Positions 28,022 to 39,134 of a stretch of DNA of 59,660 nt are shown here, in pieces. The position numbers and the translations under genes are program-made. This DNA is from Candidatus Pacebacteria bacterium CG_4_10_14_0_8_um_filter_42_14 (GTDB lineage Bacteria > Patescibacteriota > Microgenomatia > UBA1400 > PJMF01). The stretch covers positions 1-59,660 of the forward strand of contig PFLP01000027.1 in NCBI GenBank assembly GCA_002784625.1. Reading direction: 5' to 3'. Position 1 is the stretch's first letter. The number at the start of each line of letters is the position of its first letter. The notes under the pieces were generated by a model. It was given only the letters and a program-made list of their open reading frames with translations, searched no databases and was not told where the DNA came from.

Positions 28022-28030
28022 TGGTAAAAT
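28022..28030 (+). promoter_or_regulatory. Extended -10 promoter element TGGTAAAAT upstream of rpsL
   Basis: TGnTAnAAT match in the 59-nt rpoC-rpsL spacer. Confidence 0.3.
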
Positions 28031-28054
28031 CGTTCCTCTGAAACTAAAAAATAT

Positions 28055-28462
28055 ATGCCAACAATAAATCAACTTATTAGAAAAGGTGGCCGCAAGCGAA
28101 AAGTGCAGCGCATTAAAGCAACCGCTCTTCGACGCAGTTTTAATTCTAATAGTGGTTCTCCGACTAAGACAAACAATCCACAGAAGCGTGGTGTTTGCAC
28201 TATAGTCAAGACGATGACTCCTAAGAAGCCTAACTCGGCTTTGAGAAAAGTCGCTCGTGTTCGTTTGTCCAACAAAATGGAGGTTACGGCCTACATTATG
28301 GGAGAAGGTCATTCTCTGGCAGAGCACAGTATCGTTCTAGTTAGAGGTGGTAGAGTTAAAGATCTTCCTGGAGTTAAGTATCATATTGTTCGTGGAGTCT
28401 ATGACACTACGGGCGTAGACGGTCGCAAGACTAGTCGAAGTAAATATGGAGTAAAGAGTTAA
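28055..28462 (+). CDS. rpsL: 30S ribosomal protein S12
   Basis: [28 protein letters not shown]. Confidence 0.95.
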   Translation: MPTINQLIRKGGRKRKVQRIKATALRRSFNSNSGSPTKTNNPQKRGVCTIVKTMTPKKPNSALRKVARVRLSNKMEVTAYIMGEGHSLAEHSIVLVRGGRVKDLPGVKYHIVRGVYDTTGVDGRKTSRSKYGVKS

Positions 28463-28474
28463 TCTTTCAATATT

Positions 28475-28951
28475 ATGAGATCAAAAAGAGCACAAATCCG
28501 CACAGTTGAACCAGATAAGAAATACGATTCTGTCGTTGTAGCCAGACTTGTAAATTACACCATGAGAGATGGCAAAAGAAGTGTCGCTCAGAAGCAGGTT
28601 TATCAAGCACTAGAAGCGGCTTCAAAAGAAGCGAAACTCAAACCAGTCGATTTAGTGGAAGCTGTCATCGAGTCGATTTCTCCTCAAATGGAAGTCAGAT
28701 CTCGTCGTGTTGGTGGTGCAGCCTATCAGGTGCCTATGCCAGTAAGACCTCGCCGAGCCACAGCCCTTTCTCTTCGTTGGTTGGTTCTCGAAGCGAACAA
28801 GCGTCCAAACAAGCAATATCACACATTTGCTGAGAAACTTGCAGCTGAGATGCTTGATGCTCTTAATAATGAAGGTGGATCTGTGGCTCGTAAGTACTCA
28901 GCTCATCGAATGGCAGACGCAAATAAAGCATTCGCCCACTTTAGATGGTAA
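28475..28951 (+). CDS. rpsG: 30S ribosomal protein S7
   Basis: [16 protein letters not shown] and a C-terminal AFAHFRW. Confidence 0.95.
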   Translation: MRSKRAQIRTVEPDKKYDSVVVARLVNYTMRDGKRSVAQKQVYQALEAASKEAKLKPVDLVEAVIESISPQMEVRSRRVGGAAYQVPMPVRPRRATALSLRWLVLEANKRPNKQYHTFAEKLAAEMLDALNNEGGSVARKYSAHRMADANKAFAHFRW

Positions 28952-28958
28952 ACTCACA

Positions 28959-31082
28959 ATGTCTGTTCAACAAAAGTCTATTAACGTTCCCTTAGCTCGC
29001 ATTCGAAATATTGGTATTATTGCTCACATTGATGCGGGCAAAACCACGACTACAGAGCGAATTCTTTACTTCACTGGAAAAACATACAAAATTGGTGAAG
29101 TCCACGAAGGTGCCGCTACTATGGACTGGATGGAGCAAGAGCAAGAGCGTGGAATAACCATTGTTTCTGCTGCAACCACAACTTATTGGACTCCATACTT
29201 CGATACTAATTTAGAAAAAGCTCCATATCGCTTCAACATCATTGACACACCGGGGCACGTTGACTTCACAGCTGAAGTTGAGCGTAGTCTTCGCGTCCTT
29301 GATGGAGGCGTAACCGTTCTTGATGCTAGTGAGGGCGTGCAGTCACAGTCAGAAACTGTCTGGCGACAGGCTGACAAGTACAACGTCCCTCGTATTTGTT
29401 TTGTTAACAAAATGGATAAATTGGGTGCGGACTTTGATGCAACCGTTGAGGATATCAGAGTCAAGTTTGGTGTTAAGCCAGCTCCAATGGTTTTGCCAAT
29501 GGGTGCAGAAGGCGAATTTAGAGGTGTTATCCAACTAATTGATAGAAATGCATTGTTTTGGAAAGATAGCGAAGCTGATACAGAGCCAGAGATTAAAGAA
29601 ATTCCAGAAGAGTTCAAAGAAAAAGCCGAGGCCAGTAGAGCAGCCCTAGTTGAACTTATTGCAGAAACAGATGACGCTTTGCTTGAAAAATTCTTCTCTG
29701 AAGGCGATATTTCTATAAATGAGCTTAAAGCAGCCCTAAGAAAAGCCGTAATTGAGTACAAGTTAGTTCCTGTTTATGCCGGATCTTCACTTAAAAACAC
29801 TGGTGTTCAACCTCTTCTAGACGCTGTCGTTGAGTACTTGCCATCACCAATAGATATCGATCACATAGTTGGTCTCCAACCAAAAACAGATGTTGAGTTG
29901 ACGAGAAAACTCATCCCCGAAGAGAAGTTGACAATCCTAGCTTTCAAGATTCAGACTGACCCTCATGTGGGTAGATTGACTTACTGTCGTATTTATTCTG
30001 GTGTTTTGAAGTCTGGCACTTACATTTACAATTCTACTAGAGGTAAAAAGGAGCGTGTTGGTCGTTTGCTTCTTATGCACGCTAACGAGCGCGAAGAGAT
30101 TCCTGAAGCGAAGGCGGGGGAAATCGTCGCAATCGTCGGACTTAAAGACACTAAGACTGGAGATACACTTTGCGATGAAGACAGCCAAATTATTTTGGAA
30201 GGAATCACTTTTTCTGATCCAGTCATTTCTTTAGCAATTGAACCAAAAACTAAGGCCGATCAACAAAAAATGGGTATGGCTTTGGCAAAACTAGGTGAAG
30301 AAGATCCAACTTTCAAAATTAGCTCTGATGCTGATACAGGTCAGACCATCATCGGTGGTATGGGCGAGCTTCATCTTGAGGTCATCGTTGATCGTATGAA
30401 GCGAGAATTTAATGTTAGTGCTAATGTTGGTAAACCACAAGTTGCTTACAAAGAAGCCATTACTAAAGAATCTCAAGGAGAAGGTAAGTACATTAAGCAA
30501 AGTGGTGGCCGAGGTCAATATGGTCACGTTTTATTGAAAATTGAGCCACAAGAGCGCGGCGTGGGCTACGAATTTGTAAATAAAATTACTGGTGGGACTG
30601 TTCCAAAAGAATACATTGAACCAACTAACAAAGGTATTAAAGAATCACTAGAAAGAGGTTTCTTAGCTGGATTCCAAATGGTTGACGTCAAGGTAACTCT
30701 TTATGATGGTTCGTATCACGATGTCGACTCAAGTGAATTATCATTTAAAATGGCTGGATCTCTTGGAATGCGAGAAGCAGTAAAGGGAGCAGGAATGGTT
30801 CTTCTAGAGCCGATCATGAAACTAGAAGTTTCTACTCCGGAAGAATTTATGGGCGATGTTATTGGAGATTTAGGTTCACGAAGAGCCCAAATTCAAGGCA
30901 CTACTAGTCGAGGTGCTTCGACCATTATCACTGCACTCGCCCCATTGGCAGAGATGCAGGGCTATGTTACAATCCTCAGGAGTATGACCCAGGGGCGAGC
31001 ATCAAGTGTAATGCTCCCGAGTCACTACGATATCGTTCCACAGGGAATAACTGAAAAAATTATTGCTGAGCGCAAAAATTAA
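28959..31082 (+). CDS. fusA: Elongation factor G
   Basis: [35 protein letters not shown]. The tracked ORF (28827) is an out-of-context 5' extension overlapping rpsG. Confidence 0.95.
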   Translation: MSVQQKSINVPLARIRNIGIIAHIDAGKTTTTERILYFTGKTYKIGEVHEGAATMDWMEQEQERGITIVSAATTTYWTPYFDTNLEKAPYRFNIIDTPGHVDFTAEVERSLRVLDGGVTVLDASEGVQSQSETVWRQADKYNVPRICFVNKMDKLGADFDATVEDIRVKFGVKPAPMVLPMGAEGEFRGVIQLIDRNALFWKDSEADTEPEIKEIPEEFKEKAEASRAALVELIAETDDALLEKFFSEGDISINELKAALRKAVIEYKLVPVYAGSSLKNTGVQPLLDAVVEYLPSPIDIDHIVGLQPKTDVELTRKLIPEEKLTILAFKIQTDPHVGRLTYCRIYSGVLKSGTYIYNSTRGKKERVGRLLLMHANEREEIPEAKAGEIVAIVGLKDTKTGDTLCDEDSQIILEGITFSDPVISLAIEPKTKADQQKMGMALAKLGEEDPTFKISSDADTGQTIIGGMGELHLEVIVDRMKREFNVSANVGKPQVAYKEAITKESQGEGKYIKQSGGRGQYGHVLLKIEPQERGVGYEFVNKITGGTVPKEYIEPTNKGIKESLERGFLAGFQMVDVKVTLYDGSYHDVDSSELSFKMAGSLGMREAVKGAGMVLLEPIMKLEVSTPEEFMGDVIGDLGSRRAQIQGTTSRGASTIITALAPLAEMQGYVTILRSMTQGRASSVMLPSHYDIVPQGITEKIIAERKN

Positions 31083-31142
31083 TTTCAGACACCGTGACGT
31101 AAATATGTACTAACTTGGATAAAAAACACATAGGAGGTTTTT

Positions 31143-32339
31143 ATGGCAGACGCAAAAAAATATGTTCGCAATAAGCAACATGTAAACATCGGGACCATTG
31201 GTCACGTTGATCATGGTAAGACAACCCTTTCGGCCGCTATTACCACTACTTTAGCAAAGAAATATCCTTCTGATCTTAACGTTGCTATGGGTTATGGTGA
31301 TATTGACAATGCTCCAGAAGAGGCAGCTCGCGGTGTTACGATCAACATCTCACACATCGAGTACGAAACAGCAAAACGACACTATGCTCACATTGATGCT
31401 CCAGGTCACGCTGACTACATCAAAAACATGATCACTGGTGCCGCTCAGATGGATGGTGCCATTTTAGTTGTGGCTGCAACTGATGGTCCTATGCCACAAA
31501 CTCGAGAGCATATTCTTCTTGCCAAGCAGGTTAACGTTCCAAAAATCGTTGTCGCACTCAATAAATGCGACATGGTTGACGACGAAGAGCTTCTTGACTT
31601 AGTTGAAATGGAAGTTCGAGAGCTTTTGACCAAATATGGTTTTGATGGTGACGAAACTCCAATCATTCGCTTAAGTGCTTTAAAGGCTCTTGAGGGTGAT
31701 GATGCTGAGCAAGAAAAAGTCATGGAGCTTATGAACACAGTTGATTCATACATTCCTGACCCAGTTCGAGATCTCGATAAACCATTCTCGATGCCAATTG
31801 AAGATGTCTTTTCAATCAAAGGTCGTGGCACTGTCGTGACCGGAAGAATTGAGACAGGTGTTGTTAATGTTGGTGACGAAATTGAAATCGTCGGAATCAG
31901 AGACGCTAAAAAGACCACCGTTACTGGTGTCGAAATGTTTAGAAAAATGCTTGATCGAGGTGAGGCTGGCGACAACGTCGGTATTCTCCTAAGAGGCGTC
32001 GGTAAAGATGACGTCGAAAGAGGACAAGTTCTGGCAAAGCCAGGTACCGCTACTCCTCATACAGAGTTTGAGGCAGAGGTTTACATCTTAACCAAAGAAG
32101 AAGGCGGACGTCACAAACCATTCTTCACAGGTTATCGTCCACAGTTCTACATCAGAACAACTGATGTAACTGGTGAAATTTCTTTGCCAAAGGATGTGGA
32201 AATGGTTATTCCTGGAGATAATGCTAAGATGACGGCCAAGTTGATTGTGCCCGTCGCTCTGCACGAAGGTCTTCGTTTCGCAATTCGCGAAGGTGGACAC
32301 ACCATTGGTGCAGGGGCAATCACCAAGATTTTGAAATAG
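31143..32339 (+). CDS. tuf: Elongation factor Tu
   Basis: [27 protein letters not shown]. Strong TAGGAGG Shine-Dalgarno upstream. Confidence 0.97.
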   Translation: MADAKKYVRNKQHVNIGTIGHVDHGKTTLSAAITTTLAKKYPSDLNVAMGYGDIDNAPEEAARGVTINISHIEYETAKRHYAHIDAPGHADYIKNMITGAAQMDGAILVVAATDGPMPQTREHILLAKQVNVPKIVVALNKCDMVDDEELLDLVEMEVRELLTKYGFDGDETPIIRLSALKALEGDDAEQEKVMELMNTVDSYIPDPVRDLDKPFSMPIEDVFSIKGRGTVVTGRIETGVVNVGDEIEIVGIRDAKKTTVTGVEMFRKMLDRGEAGDNVGILLRGVGKDDVERGQVLAKPGTATPHTEFEAEVYILTKEEGGRHKPFFTGYRPQFYIRTTDVTGEISLPKDVEMVIPGDNAKMTAKLIVPVALHEGLRFAIREGGHTIGAGAITKILK

Positions 32340-32352
32340 AAAATAAACTTGT

Positions 32353-32380
32353 CAGGCGCTCGAATAAAATCGGGCGCCTG
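32353..32380 (+). terminator. Hairpin after tuf (CAGGCGC...GCGCCTG) with a weak U-tract
   Basis: GC-rich inverted repeat 14 nt after the tuf stop, followed by CTTGTT. Confidence 0.45.
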
Positions 32381-32399
32381 CTTGTTAGCGTAGGTCTTC

Positions 32400-32436
32400 A
32401 AAATCTCGAGTAGTGCACTTTACTTCTCGAGATTTT
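32400..32436 (+). terminator. Perfect 11-bp inverted repeat AAAATCTCGAG / CTCGAGATTTT (15-nt loop), symmetric A/T flanks
   Basis: Read directly from the sequence. Immediately followed by TATAAT (32442-32447), a likely S10-operon -10 box. Confidence 0.45.
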
Positions 32437-32477
32437 ATATGTATAATCGCACCCTACGTTTAGTCGAGTAGTCAAAG

Positions 32478-32810
32478 ATGGTAAAACAACAAACAGATAA
32501 AACACAAGCTTACAAAATTCGCGTCAGACTCAAATCTTACGACTACAGGGTTATTGACGAAGCAAGTAAAAAGATCCTTGAAACAACGCTTTCTACGGGA
32601 GCACAGGTAATTGGCCCAGTGCCTTTGCCAACTCATCACAAGTCATTTACTGTTCTTACCTCACCTCACTCCGATAAGAATGCACAAGAACACTACGAAA
32701 TTCGCACACACAAGCGAATGCTAGATATCATGAATCCAACCAGTAAAACTATCGATTCCCTCATGCACTTAGAACTGCCTGCGGGAGTGTCGATTCAGAT
32801 AAAGATGTAA
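32478..32810 (+). CDS. rpsJ: 30S ribosomal protein S10
   Basis: [25 protein letters not shown], and HKRMLDI. Confidence 0.95.
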   Translation: MVKQQTDKTQAYKIRVRLKSYDYRVIDEASKKILETTLSTGAQVIGPVPLPTHHKSFTVLTSPHSDKNAQEHYEIRTHKRMLDIMNPTSKTIDSLMHLELPAGVSIQIKM

Positions 32811-32856
32811 GGAGAAGCTTTGTTGCCCGAAGCCAATCGACAGAAAAAATTGAAGT

Positions 32857-33609
32857 ATGATCAACGATATATTTGTGACCAAAATTGGCATGACACAAGC
32901 CTGGACAACGGAAGGTAAGCGTATTGCCGTGACCCGATGTCTTGTACAGCCAAATATGGTTATCGCTACTCGACAGCTTTCGGAGAATAACTCTGCCTAC
33001 ACCTTAGAAATTGGTTACGGAAAAAAATTACTCAGAACAACAAAAAAACCACTCAGAGCCCAGTTAGCAAAGAGTGGTTTTTCAGTAGGTGTCAAAACCA
33101 TTCATGGCATAAAGGTTGACGCTTCAGAATCAGACAACATTCCCGCAGCTGGAACAACTTTAGTCGTAACTGATATTCTTTCATTAGGTGACGTTGTAAA
33201 CGTCAGAGGCACTACCAAGGGTCGCGGTTTTGCTGGCGGTATGAAGCGCTATGGCTACAAGGGTGGTCCAAAGACTCATGGACAATCAGATCGCTCAAGA
33301 GCCATTGGTTCAATTGGAGCTGGTACTAGCCCAGGAAGAGTGCTCAAGGGCAAAGGAATGCCAGGACACATGGGGGATGTTGCCGTAACAATCAAAGGCT
33401 TAACTGTCGTTCACATTGATCCTAAGACCCAAGAAGTCTGGCTTAGTGGCCCAGTCCCTGGTTCAATTACTTCTGATTTATTAATTCACAGACTTGGTAA
33501 AACCAAATCAGTTAATCTCAACTATGACGCTTCTGGAATCAAACAACCCACCGAAGAAGTTAAAGAAGAGGAAGCTAAAGAAGAAGTTTCTGAAGAAACG
33601 AAAGAGTAA
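32857..33609 (+). CDS. rplC: 50S ribosomal protein L3 (acidic C-terminal tail)
   Basis: TKIGMTQAW and GTTKGRGFAGGMKRYGYKGGPKTHGQSDRSR. Confidence 0.93.
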   Translation: MINDIFVTKIGMTQAWTTEGKRIAVTRCLVQPNMVIATRQLSENNSAYTLEIGYGKKLLRTTKKPLRAQLAKSGFSVGVKTIHGIKVDASESDNIPAAGTTLVVTDILSLGDVVNVRGTTKGRGFAGGMKRYGYKGGPKTHGQSDRSRAIGSIGAGTSPGRVLKGKGMPGHMGDVAVTIKGLTVVHIDPKTQEVWLSGPVPGSITSDLLIHRLGKTKSVNLNYDASGIKQPTEEVKEEEAKEEVSEETKE

Positions 33610-34406
33610 TGAACATTCAAAAAGTAACAGCCACTGGCACTAAATCAAACATCGTTGTAGACGCAGCAGTGTTTGGTGTTTCAGCAAATAAACAACTGCT
33701 TTCTCAAGCAGTTCACATCGCTCGTTCTAACCAACGTCAGGGTACCAGCCGAGTGAAAACTAGAGCCCAAGTTTCTTTAACTAAGAAAAAAGTCTACAAA
33801 CAAAAAGGTACAGGTAATGCTCGTCATGGTGCCAAATCTGCTCCAATTTTTGTTGGTGGAGGTGTCGCTCATGGACCAACTGGATTAGCCAATTGGACTA
33901 GATCACTTCCTCCAGCTTTGAAGAGAGCTTCATTGGCTCAAGCTTTAACTTTACAGATAAAAGATACCTATGTGGTTGATGCTCTCGCAGACTTAAATGG
34001 TAAGACAAAACAAGCAGCCGCGATTATCGCTGCAGTTGTACCAAAAGCAAAGCGAATCCTCGTTGTTCTCACAAAGCCAACAGCAGAAGCACTCAGAGCC
34101 TTAAAGAATTTGCCAAGAGTGACTGTCATCAGGGCATCGCAGCTTTCAGTTCTCCCAGCAGCTCAAGCATCAGTAATTTTGTTTACTTCAGACTCATTGG
34201 CTACAGTTACTGATCGCATCAAGAATCTTTCAGTCACACCAAAGGTAGTCGCAGAAAAACCAGCTGTTTCAACAACAAAGAAACAAGCAGTTAAGAAAGC
34301 TCCAAAAGTTGCTCCAAAAAAAGCAGCTGCAAAGAAAGCAGTTGCTCCTAAGAAACCAACGACCACCAAATCTAAGACAACCAAAAAGGTAGCCAAGAAA
34401 GCATAA
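33609..34406 (+). CDS. rplD: 50S ribosomal protein L4 (Lys/Ala/Pro-rich C-terminal tail)
   Basis: KQKGTGNARHGAKSAPIFVGGGVAHGP. TAATG overlap with rplC. Confidence 0.93.
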   Translation: MNIQKVTATGTKSNIVVDAAVFGVSANKQLLSQAVHIARSNQRQGTSRVKTRAQVSLTKKKVYKQKGTGNARHGAKSAPIFVGGGVAHGPTGLANWTRSLPPALKRASLAQALTLQIKDTYVVDALADLNGKTKQAAAIIAAVVPKAKRILVVLTKPTAEALRALKNLPRVTVIRASQLSVLPAAQASVILFTSDSLATVTDRIKNLSVTPKVVAEKPAVSTTKKQAVKKAPKVAPKKAAAKKAVAPKKPTTTKSKTTKKVAKKA

Positions 34407-34705
34407 TGCAGTCACGAATTGTTAAAAAACCAGTCATCACAGAGAAGTCATACTCTCGGGCAAAGACTCACAACGTCTATACTTTTGAGGTAGAGCCTTC
34501 TGCTGGAAAAGATCAAATTAAAGATGCAATTGCTAAACTATTTTCAGTTACGGTGGTCGATGTTCGAACTCTTTGTTATCAATCACGAACCAAGCGAGCT
34601 GGACGTCGTCGCTTGCCTAGCTCGACTGCAAAAACCAAACGAGCCTTTGTAACACTTAAGTCGGGCGAAACCATTGATCTTTTTGACTTAGGAGCACAAG
34701 AATAA
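34406..34705 (+). CDS. rplW: 50S ribosomal protein L23
   Basis: KKPVITEKS, YTFEV, and position between L4 and L2. Confidence 0.9.
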   Translation: MQSRIVKKPVITEKSYSRAKTHNVYTFEVEPSAGKDQIKDAIAKLFSVTVVDVRTLCYQSRTKRAGRRRLPSSTAKTKRAFVTLKSGETIDLFDLGAQE

Positions 34706-34712
34706 ATAAATC

Positions 34713-35546
34713 ATGTTAATAAAAATTAAAGCCACAAGTGCCGGTAGACGCAATCAATTAGTAATTGATCGCTCTGATTTGCATAAGGGCAAGCCAGAAA
34801 AATCATTACTTGCATCAGGTCACAAGAAAAGACAGGGCCGTGGCTTTAAGGGTCACATTACTGTTCGTCATCGTGGCGGTGGTGTCAAGAAAAAAATGCG
34901 CATCATTGATTGGAAGCGAGAACGTCGAGACATTCCAGGAATTGTTCAACACATCGAATATGATCCAATGCGTAGTTCCCATCTTGCTTTAGTTTATTAC
35001 CCAGATGGTGGCAAAGCATATATTATTGCTCCAGACGAACTTAAAGAAGGAGATACTGTTAATGCTGGCGCAAAGGTTGAAATTCGACCGGGTAATGCCT
35101 TACCACTCGAAAACATTCCAGTAGGTATCCCAATTCACAATTTAGAGTTAACTCCTGGAAAAGGTGCGCAGATGGCTCGAGGAGCCGGAGTTGCAGCTTT
35201 AATCCAATCCAAAGACGGTGACTATGTTACCGTTCAGCTTCCTTCAAAGGAGCTCCGTTTGCTAAAGAAGGAGTGTTTCGCTACAATCGGCCAGGTTGGG
35301 AACCAGTTTTGGAAGAATAGAAAAATTGGTAAAGCAGGCAGAAAACGATTGTTGGGAATAAGACCAACGGTTCGTGGAACAGCCCAGCACCCAGATAGTC
35401 ACCCACATGGTGGAGGTGAAGGTAGATCTGGAATTGGTATGAAATATCCAAAAACTCCATGGGGTAAGCATGCGCTTGGAACAAAAACACGCAACAAGCG
35501 TAAGCATAGTAATCGTTATATTGTTCGGGATAGACGAAGTAAGTAA
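34713..35546 (+). CDS. rplB: 50S ribosomal protein L2
   Basis: [21 protein letters not shown], and [14 protein letters not shown]. Confidence 0.95.
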   Translation: MLIKIKATSAGRRNQLVIDRSDLHKGKPEKSLLASGHKKRQGRGFKGHITVRHRGGGVKKKMRIIDWKRERRDIPGIVQHIEYDPMRSSHLALVYYPDGGKAYIIAPDELKEGDTVNAGAKVEIRPGNALPLENIPVGIPIHNLELTPGKGAQMARGAGVAALIQSKDGDYVTVQLPSKELRLLKKECFATIGQVGNQFWKNRKIGKAGRKRLLGIRPTVRGTAQHPDSHPHGGGEGRSGIGMKYPKTPWGKHALGTKTRNKRKHSNRYIVRDRRSK

Positions 35547-35554
35547 AGAACATT

Positions 35555-35839
35555 ATGTCAAGATCAAGTAAAAAAGGACCATACGTTGACGAAAAGCTTT
35601 TGAAGAAAGTTCAGAAGCAGAAGCAGACAGGTGACAAAACCCCAATTAAAACATGGGCAAGAAACTCTGTCATTGTTCCTGATTTCGTTGGCCACACTTT
35701 TTCAGTCCATCAAGGAAAAACTTTTCCTGAGGTTTTCGTGAATGAGGCTATGGTTGGTCATAAACTAGGAGAATTTTCCCCGACAAGAACCTTCAGAGGT
35801 CACGGTCGAGTTGTAAAACGATTGCTAACAAAAACTTAA
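35555..35839 (+). CDS. rpsS: 30S ribosomal protein S19
   Basis: [12 protein letters not shown] and [16 protein letters not shown]. Confidence 0.95.
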   Translation: MSRSSKKGPYVDEKLLKKVQKQKQTGDKTPIKTWARNSVIVPDFVGHTFSVHQGKTFPEVFVNEAMVGHKLGEFSPTRTFRGHGRVVKRLLTKT

Positions 35840-35840
35840 T

Positions 35841-36308
35841 ATGATAATTCGAGCATCACAACAAAATACCAGACAAACACCACGAAAAGTTCGTCTTGTC
35901 GCGAATACTGTCAAAGGTATGTCTATAGAATCAGCCTTAAGACAGCTCGCTGTTATTGAGCGCAGAGCCTCCATTCTCGTTCTTAAAGTTATTCGTCAGG
36001 CATTGGCAAACGCTGAGCACAATCATGGAATCACCGCTGACAAACTAACCCTCAAATCGATTATTGTTGAAAACGGTCCTCACATGAAGCGTTTCCGCGC
36101 TGTTAGTAGAGGTCGTGCACACACAATTTTGAAGAAAACTTGTCATGTTGTTGTTGAACTAGAATCCAAAGAAAAAGAAGCTGAAGTTGAAGAAGTAAAA
36201 GAACCAGTTAAAAAAGAGATTGCAAGCAAAGCCAAAACTACAAAAACCAAAAAAACAGCCAAAAAAATAGTAAAAAAGCAGCCAAAAACTGAGAAGGACG
36301 AGCAATAA
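35841..36308 (+). CDS. rplV: 50S ribosomal protein L22 (charged C-terminal tail)
   Basis: RQTPRKVRLVANTVKG and RFRAVSRGRAHTILKKTCHV. Confidence 0.93.
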   Translation: MIIRASQQNTRQTPRKVRLVANTVKGMSIESALRQLAVIERRASILVLKVIRQALANAEHNHGITADKLTLKSIIVENGPHMKRFRAVSRGRAHTILKKTCHVVVELESKEKEAEVEEVKEPVKKEIASKAKTTKTKKTAKKIVKKQPKTEKDEQ

Positions 36309-36348
36309 CTGAACAGGCGTAGTACAATATGCCTCTCGAGAAAGAGTT

Positions 36349-36999
36349 ATGGGACAAAAAGTAAATCCAATTGGCTTCCGACTAGGTAATACATTTACCT
36401 CTTCTTCTCGATGGTTTTCAGAAAAAGCTGATTACGCCAAAACTGTTCTTGAGGATCACAAGCTACGTCAGCATCTCGAGAAAAAACTTGAAAGTGCAGG
36501 TATTGTCGATATTATTATCGAAAGATCTTTAACTAAAATCAAAGTAACCATGGCTGTCTCACGCCCAGGCGTAGTCATTGGTAAGGGTGGAGCAAATCTC
36601 GAAGACACTAAAAAAGACATTGAGCGAATTCTTAATGTTTCAAAGAGCAGAAAAGATAAGGTTAAAGTTGATCTTCGCATTGAAGAAATCGTTAAACCTG
36701 ATTTGAGTGCTAAATTAGTTGTCGAGCGTATTAGTAATCAACTTATGAAACGCTATCCTCATAGACGCGCAGTAATGCAAGCTCTTGAAAGAGTCATGCA
36801 GGCTGGCGCTGAAGGTGTCAAGATTGTTTTGTCAGGTAGAATTGGTGGAGCTGAGATTGCTCGCACCCAGAAAGTTTCTAAAGGTAGCGTACCTACTCAA
36901 ACATTAAGAGCAAACATCGACTACTACGAGAAGGGTGCTCGCACCCGATCAGGATATGTTGGAATCAAGGTGTGGATTAACAAGGGAGAGGCTAGATAA
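36349..36999 (+). CDS. rpsC: 30S ribosomal protein S3
   Basis: MGQKVNPIGFRLG, the KH-domain RPGVVIGKGG, and LSGRIGGAEIAR. Confidence 0.95.
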   Translation: MGQKVNPIGFRLGNTFTSSSRWFSEKADYAKTVLEDHKLRQHLEKKLESAGIVDIIIERSLTKIKVTMAVSRPGVVIGKGGANLEDTKKDIERILNVSKSRKDKVKVDLRIEEIVKPDLSAKLVVERISNQLMKRYPHRRAVMQALERVMQAGAEGVKIVLSGRIGGAEIARTQKVSKGSVPTQTLRANIDYYEKGARTRSGYVGIKVWINKGEAR

Positions 37000-37404
37000 A
37001 TGTTAGCTCCACGTAAAGAAAAATTCCGAAAACAATTTAGAGGTAAACGACGCGGTAATGCCGCTCGTGGTATCACTATTGCATTTGGTGATTTCGGCTT
37101 ACAGGCAACAACTAGAGGTTGGGTGTCTGGCAGACAGATTGAGGCCGCCCGCAAGAAGATTACATTTATGACCAAGCGTGCTGGTAAATATTGGGTTAGA
37201 ATCTTCCCTTCTAAACCAATTACAAAAAAGCCAGTCGGAGTAAAAATGGGTTCAGGAAAAGGCGCAGTTGAAGAACATGTGGCCGTTGTCCGACCAGGAA
37301 TGATGTTATTTGAACTTAGCGGTGTAACAGAGGAAGTGGCTCGAGAGGCTTTCCGAAAGGCTGGACATAAGCTATCGGTGCATACGGCATTTATTGAGAA
37401 ATAA
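37000..37404 (+). CDS. rplP: 50S ribosomal protein L16
   Basis: MLAPRKEKFRKQFRG and RIFPSKPITKKPVGVKMGSGKG. Confidence 0.95.
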   Translation: MLAPRKEKFRKQFRGKRRGNAARGITIAFGDFGLQATTRGWVSGRQIEAARKKITFMTKRAGKYWVRIFPSKPITKKPVGVKMGSGKGAVEEHVAVVRPGMMLFELSGVTEEVAREAFRKAGHKLSVHTAFIEK

Positions 37405-37406
37405 AA

Positions 37407-37613
37407 ATGAAAAAAGACGATAAACAAAAACTACAAGCACTTGAAGTTGGTGAACTTACCACTAAGCTGGAAGAGCTTCGTCAGGAGAATAACAAAACAT
37501 ATCTAGAACACAGAGCTGGCAAACTAAATAATCCTGCTAAATTAGCAATGCTTAGGAAAATGATTGCCCGCACAGCAACAGTACTCGGTGAAAAGATGAG
37601 ATTGGTTAAATAA
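37407..37613 (+). CDS. rpmC: 50S ribosomal protein L29
   Basis: Size, coiled-coil LEELRQE pattern, and position between L16 and S17. Confidence 0.85.
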   Translation: MKKDDKQKLQALEVGELTTKLEELRQENNKTYLEHRAGKLNNPAKLAMLRKMIARTATVLGEKMRLVK

Positions 37614-37858
37614 TGAAAGACGTTAGAGGAACAGTTACTGGCTTAAATTCGCTCAAAACAGCGCGAGTAAGTGTGGTGCGACAATGGCAGCACCCTCTTT
37701 ATGGTAAATCAGTTACCAGATCTAAGACTTATGCTTGCCAAGTTGAAGATGACATGAAATTAGAACTAGGTGATGAAGTAGTTATTAGAGCTTGCAGCCC
37801 AGTTAGCAAGACAAAGCGCTTCAAAGTGATGAGTAAAGTAGAAGAGAAGAAGATATGA
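37613..37858 (+). CDS. rpsQ: 30S ribosomal protein S17
   Basis: [20 protein letters not shown]. Confidence 0.93.
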   Translation: MKDVRGTVTGLNSLKTARVSVVRQWQHPLYGKSVTRSKTYACQVEDDMKLELGDEVVIRACSPVSKTKRFKVMSKVEEKKI

Positions 37859-38229
37859 TACAACTACGCTCAGTCCTTAACATCTGCGACAATAGTGGAG
37901 CCAGAAAAGTTCGCGTTATTCAAGTTCATGGTGGCTCAAAACGCCGCTTCGGACATGTCGGCGATATTGTGGCAGCATCAGTAATTTTTGCTGATCCACG
38001 GTCACAGATAAAACGTGGTGAAAAAGTCAAAGCTGTTATTGTAAGAACTCGCAAAGAATTCAGACGAGACAATGGCACTTATGTCAGATTCGATGACAAC
38101 GCGGCCGTGATTATTGAGTCCAGAAAAAATAACGTTCCCATTGGCACACGTGTTTTTGGCCCAATTGCTAGAGAAGTTAAAAACAGAGGTTTTAGCAAAA
38201 TTGCTAGTCTCGCTCCGGAGGTACTCTAA
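37855..38229 (+). CDS. rplN: 50S ribosomal protein L14
   Basis: [19 protein letters not shown] and the FDDNAAV motif. Confidence 0.95.
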   Translation: MIQLRSVLNICDNSGARKVRVIQVHGGSKRRFGHVGDIVAASVIFADPRSQIKRGEKVKAVIVRTRKEFRRDNGTYVRFDDNAAVIIESRKNNVPIGTRVFGPIAREVKNRGFSKIASLAPEVL

Positions 38230-38564
38230 TGAAGTTCAAAGTTGGTGATAACATTCGAGTAACTGCAGGTAAGGATAAGGGCAAAGTAGGTTCTATTGCT
38301 TCGGTTATTCCTTCTAAAAACAAAGTTGTGATCGCTGGTGTTAATGTTTATGCCAAGCATAAAAAACCTCAGCAAGGTCAAGCAGGAGAGATAGTTCGCA
38401 GAGAACGTCCGTTGCCAGTAAGCAATATTGCGATTCTTAATGAAAAAGGCGAATTAGATAGAATAGGTTACGAGCTTACAAAAGATGGCCAAAAAACCAG
38501 AATCTTTAAGAAATCTGGCGGTGTTGTGCCTGAACCAAAAATTGAAAAGAAAAAAAGTAAGTAA
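38229..38564 (+). CDS. rplX: 50S ribosomal protein L24
   Basis: KOW motif KVGDNIRVTAGKDKGKVG. Confidence 0.92.
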   Translation: MKFKVGDNIRVTAGKDKGKVGSIASVIPSKNKVVIAGVNVYAKHKKPQQGQAGEIVRRERPLPVSNIAILNEKGELDRIGYELTKDGQKTRIFKKSGGVVPEPKIEKKKSK

Positions 38565-38567
38565 GAT

Positions 38568-39131
38568 ATGATTAAGTTACAACAACACTTCTACGACATA
38601 GTGCTTCCACAGTTGCAAAAAGACTTAGGTATTTCAAGTACTTTCGCCTTACCAAGATTGAAAAAAATAGTCGTCAATATGGGGGTCAGTGATCCTCAGG
38701 AGCCCAGAGCTCGCAAAGCGGCGCTCGAAAATGTCAGTGAACAGTTTGCAAGTATTACTGGCCAGAAGCCGATCATAACCCTCGCTCGCAAATCAATTGC
38801 TAACTTTAAACTTCGTCAGGGTGACCCAATGGGCGTTACCGTGACTTTAAGAGGTAAACGTATGTGGCAGTTCTTAGAAAAGCTTCTAAGTATTGCCTTA
38901 CCAAGAGTTAAAGATTTTCAAGGTGTGCCAAGAACTGCCTTCGATGGCAATGGCAACTACAGTTTGGGCGTTCACGAACAGATAATTTTTCCAGAGGTAA
39001 ATTATGACACCATCGAGCGAATTCGTAGTTTCCAAGTAGTATTCGTTACTTCGGCAGAGAACAACGACACAGCATTCAAACTGCTTGAAGCATTAGGTAT
39101 GCCATTTATGAAAGAAACCACCAAGGAATAA
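38568..39131 (+). CDS. rplE: 50S ribosomal protein L5
   Basis: LPRLKKIVVNMGV and NFKLRQGDPMGVTVTLRG. Confidence 0.95.
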   Translation: MIKLQQHFYDIVLPQLQKDLGISSTFALPRLKKIVVNMGVSDPQEPRARKAALENVSEQFASITGQKPIITLARKSIANFKLRQGDPMGVTVTLRGKRMWQFLEKLLSIALPRVKDFQGVPRTAFDGNGNYSLGVHEQIIFPEVNYDTIERIRSFQVVFVTSAENNDTAFKLLEALGMPFMKETTKE

Positions 39132-39134
39132 AAA

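Noticed and set aside
28827-28958. 44-codon 5' extension of the fusA ORF, overlapping the end of rpsG.
   Set aside because: The conserved EF-G N-terminus starts at the ATG at 28959. The extension is hydrophobic and non-homologous.
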